Source: Kudoa neothunni
Taxonomy: Eukaryota; Animalia; Cnidaria
Assembly: GCA_964304625.1 (NCBI GenBank)
Contig: OZ199838.1
Span: forward strand, 14,751,907 to 14,815,906
DNA length: 64,000 bases
Direction of reading: 5' to 3'
Shown: positions 61,789 to 64,000 of the stretch, one piece after another
Layout: the number at the start of each line of letters is the position of its first letter
How positions within the stretch are numbered: position 1 is the first letter of the stretch
Made by a program: the position numbers and the translations under genes
The notes under the pieces: generated by a model
Seen by the model: the letters and a program-made list of their open reading frames with translations, nothing else
Database searches by the model: none
What the model was told of the DNA's origin: nothing

Positions 61789-64000
61789 TACTTTATACAA
61801 TTAATTTATAATTTTATGGATTATTTTATTCTTGATCAAATAAAATTTTAAGATAATTATAGCATTCACAATAAAAACCTTTAAAATAAAGTGAGTTTTT
61901 GATTAATCATCTAAAAATTATTTTCTTGAGCGATATAAATTTTATATAAACAAAAATTAAACAATCACTAAAATATATTGCTGTCAAATTAGAGCTAAGA
62001 ATCTAGTCGAATGATGAAGCCTGGAATATCATCTGTGATTAATAACATGAAAGCTATACGAATTTGATCGAAGCATGCGGAGATTATCTTCATATAACCG
62101 AGTTTAGAATTAATGTAATTATTTTTCGCATCTAAAAGTATTTAAATAGATTTTTAAATAGTTAATTTTATTTCTTAAAATATATATTAGAGCTCACCGG
62201 AACGTTCTCATAAATTTTTCAACATATTCATGGAAATAATTAGAAATCCCCATGTTTTATCTTTTTTTATATTAAATAAACTTTTTAAAAGTCTTATGTT
62301 GTATGAATAACGTGGTAAAACTTTACTTTTGTCTCATTATTGAAATTTACAAATATAATCCCGTTGATAACAAATTTTTATATTATTACCAGAATGATTG
62401 CCGCATGAAGAAACATATATTATTATGAATTTTATTGTGAATTTAAATTATTAAACATTGTTTCATGACAGTTAATCATGCGGAAAAAGATGTACATGAA
62501 AATAAATTTCGCAGTTGCGCACATGTAGGCGCGCAAGCGGGCACTTAAAATTTTTTATCTATTGATAGTACTGAATAATAAGAGACACATTCGTAGACAT
62601 TGGTTCTAAGAGAAAATGGATAATCAAAATATTACATTAATTTTTGGTTCAAGTTTTAGTTAAATTAGTGGTTTCATTTCTTAAAATTGAAATGGTATTA
62701 GTTATTAAGACTACGCATCATGGCTGATAAGTTGATAATGAGATATAATAATATGTGTTTCTGATTTTTTTTTAGTCAGAGCTATATTAATTAATCATAT
62801 TGCAGTATTAACCTAAAATAAAATTCTATTATACTAATTGTTATATGGCCTCTTCTTCGAAGTTAATTTTTGAACAAAAATTGTGAAGTATTCTAGAGTT
62901 TTCGTTGGAGTAACTTAACCCCATAAATGCCGCTTAAATTTAACAAAGCACTTTCATAATTCGATGCGATAGTTATATATCTAAATAGATGGAAATGAGA
63001 GTTTTTAAATAATAGATTTTATTACAATAAAATGATTGAATTTAATCGTTAATATCTCAAATTATTCAATTATTTAAATTAGAATAATCAGTTAACAAAA
63101 AAATGAATTTATTATATTTTATTGTTTCAAACCAAGATAAACATTGTAAATAACCTCTACTAACAAAAAGGTTTAATTTTGGAATATAAAGAAAACCTGA
63201 TAGATATTTAAATATTTAAGAATACAATTTAAATTTTGATATAAACTATAAATGAATTGATTACAATATCTAAACAGTTTAAATTTCAATTATCGAAATA
63301 TTAGTAAATTTGTGTTTATAATATTATAAATAATAGAAAAATATGATAAAATTCATTAGATGGTCACGTAGGAAAATATAATAATCTTATTAGATTATTA
63401 GTACTATTAAACGTAGTTTTTACGATGATAAAGAAAATGACTGCTTTTCTCATATTCATTTTTTACAGTTTTTATCACTGTAAATATGATATTATCATTA
63501 AAAATATTATTTTGAGTTAGTTCATGGATTGGATTCATCTAATAACAATGAAGTATATGCTTAGTGTAACTTACTTAAGGACATTTTTTAGTTATGGAAT
63601 GATCCTAAATATTTGAAGCGCATCGAACAAACACAATACGTCCATATTAATGTTTATAAAGCCAAAAGCACGGTAACATACATAACTGTTAGTTTTACAT
63701 ATTGGTATAGATTAGGCTCGATGAGAGAGCACCTGGTTATATGAAACAAGTAGTATTGAAGTCAATGCAAGTAGCTTTATTGATAAGAGACATCTTAAAA
63801 AATTTTTTTAGACATACGCATGGCATAATATAAAAATAATAGTTGATTCATTTCAGAGAGTCAAATTTTATGGGTATGGAGCAAATTTAGAAACATTGAC
63901 CAATCGTCTGGAAACTTATTTCGAAACCTTATCAATTAGTAGAGGATATCATATAATGTTTGTGTAATAAATCAACGAAACACCTTCACGCTAATACTTG

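Noticed and set aside
62720-63970. Possible TELO2-like or other gene at the window end (LWNDPKYLKRIEQTQYVH; IRLDERAP)
   Set aside because: Similarity is faint and I could not build a stop-free exon chain; it may be a decayed gene.
1-64000. CRISPR arrays, rRNA genes or prokaryotic operons
   Set aside because: None seen; the sequence is intron-containing eukaryotic DNA and its repeats are TIRs or microsatellites.

Overview
AT-rich eukaryotic nuclear DNA, very likely an animal. A proteoglycan-type xylosyltransferase, an NHE6/7/9 exchanger and an SRSF11/SREK1-type factor point that way. Divergent proteins plus ~35-60 nt GT-AG introns would fit a reduced parasite such as a myxozoan cnidarian, which is inference only. 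I reconstructed eight spliced genes by hand: xylosyltransferase-like, threonyl-tRNA synthetase, USP36/42-like deubiquitinase, cytosolic malate dehydrogenase, endosomal Na+/H+ exchanger, GOLPH3, a Snapin-like gene on the minus strand that the ORF track largely misses, and an SRSF11/SREK1-like SR protein. Most sit in compact, GC-richer islands separated by decayed DNA transposons (Tc1/IS630, pogo/Tigger, piggyBac, MULE, hAT-like, long-TIR MITEs) and a tRNA-headed SINE. Best leads: (1) a second, upstream ThrRS first exon encoding a mitochondrial-presequence-like peptide that splices in frame to exon 2; (2) a 5.8-kb transposon-filled intron in that otherwise micro-intron gene; (3) two genes (NHE, SR protein) where retaining one intron opens a ~190-codon alternative-frame C-terminus; (4) a core-deleted piggyBac whose frame is restored by an 8-nt duplication; (5) several small candidate structured RNAs. 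I see no firm evidence of a wholly new biological system. All calls are by eye, without database searches.
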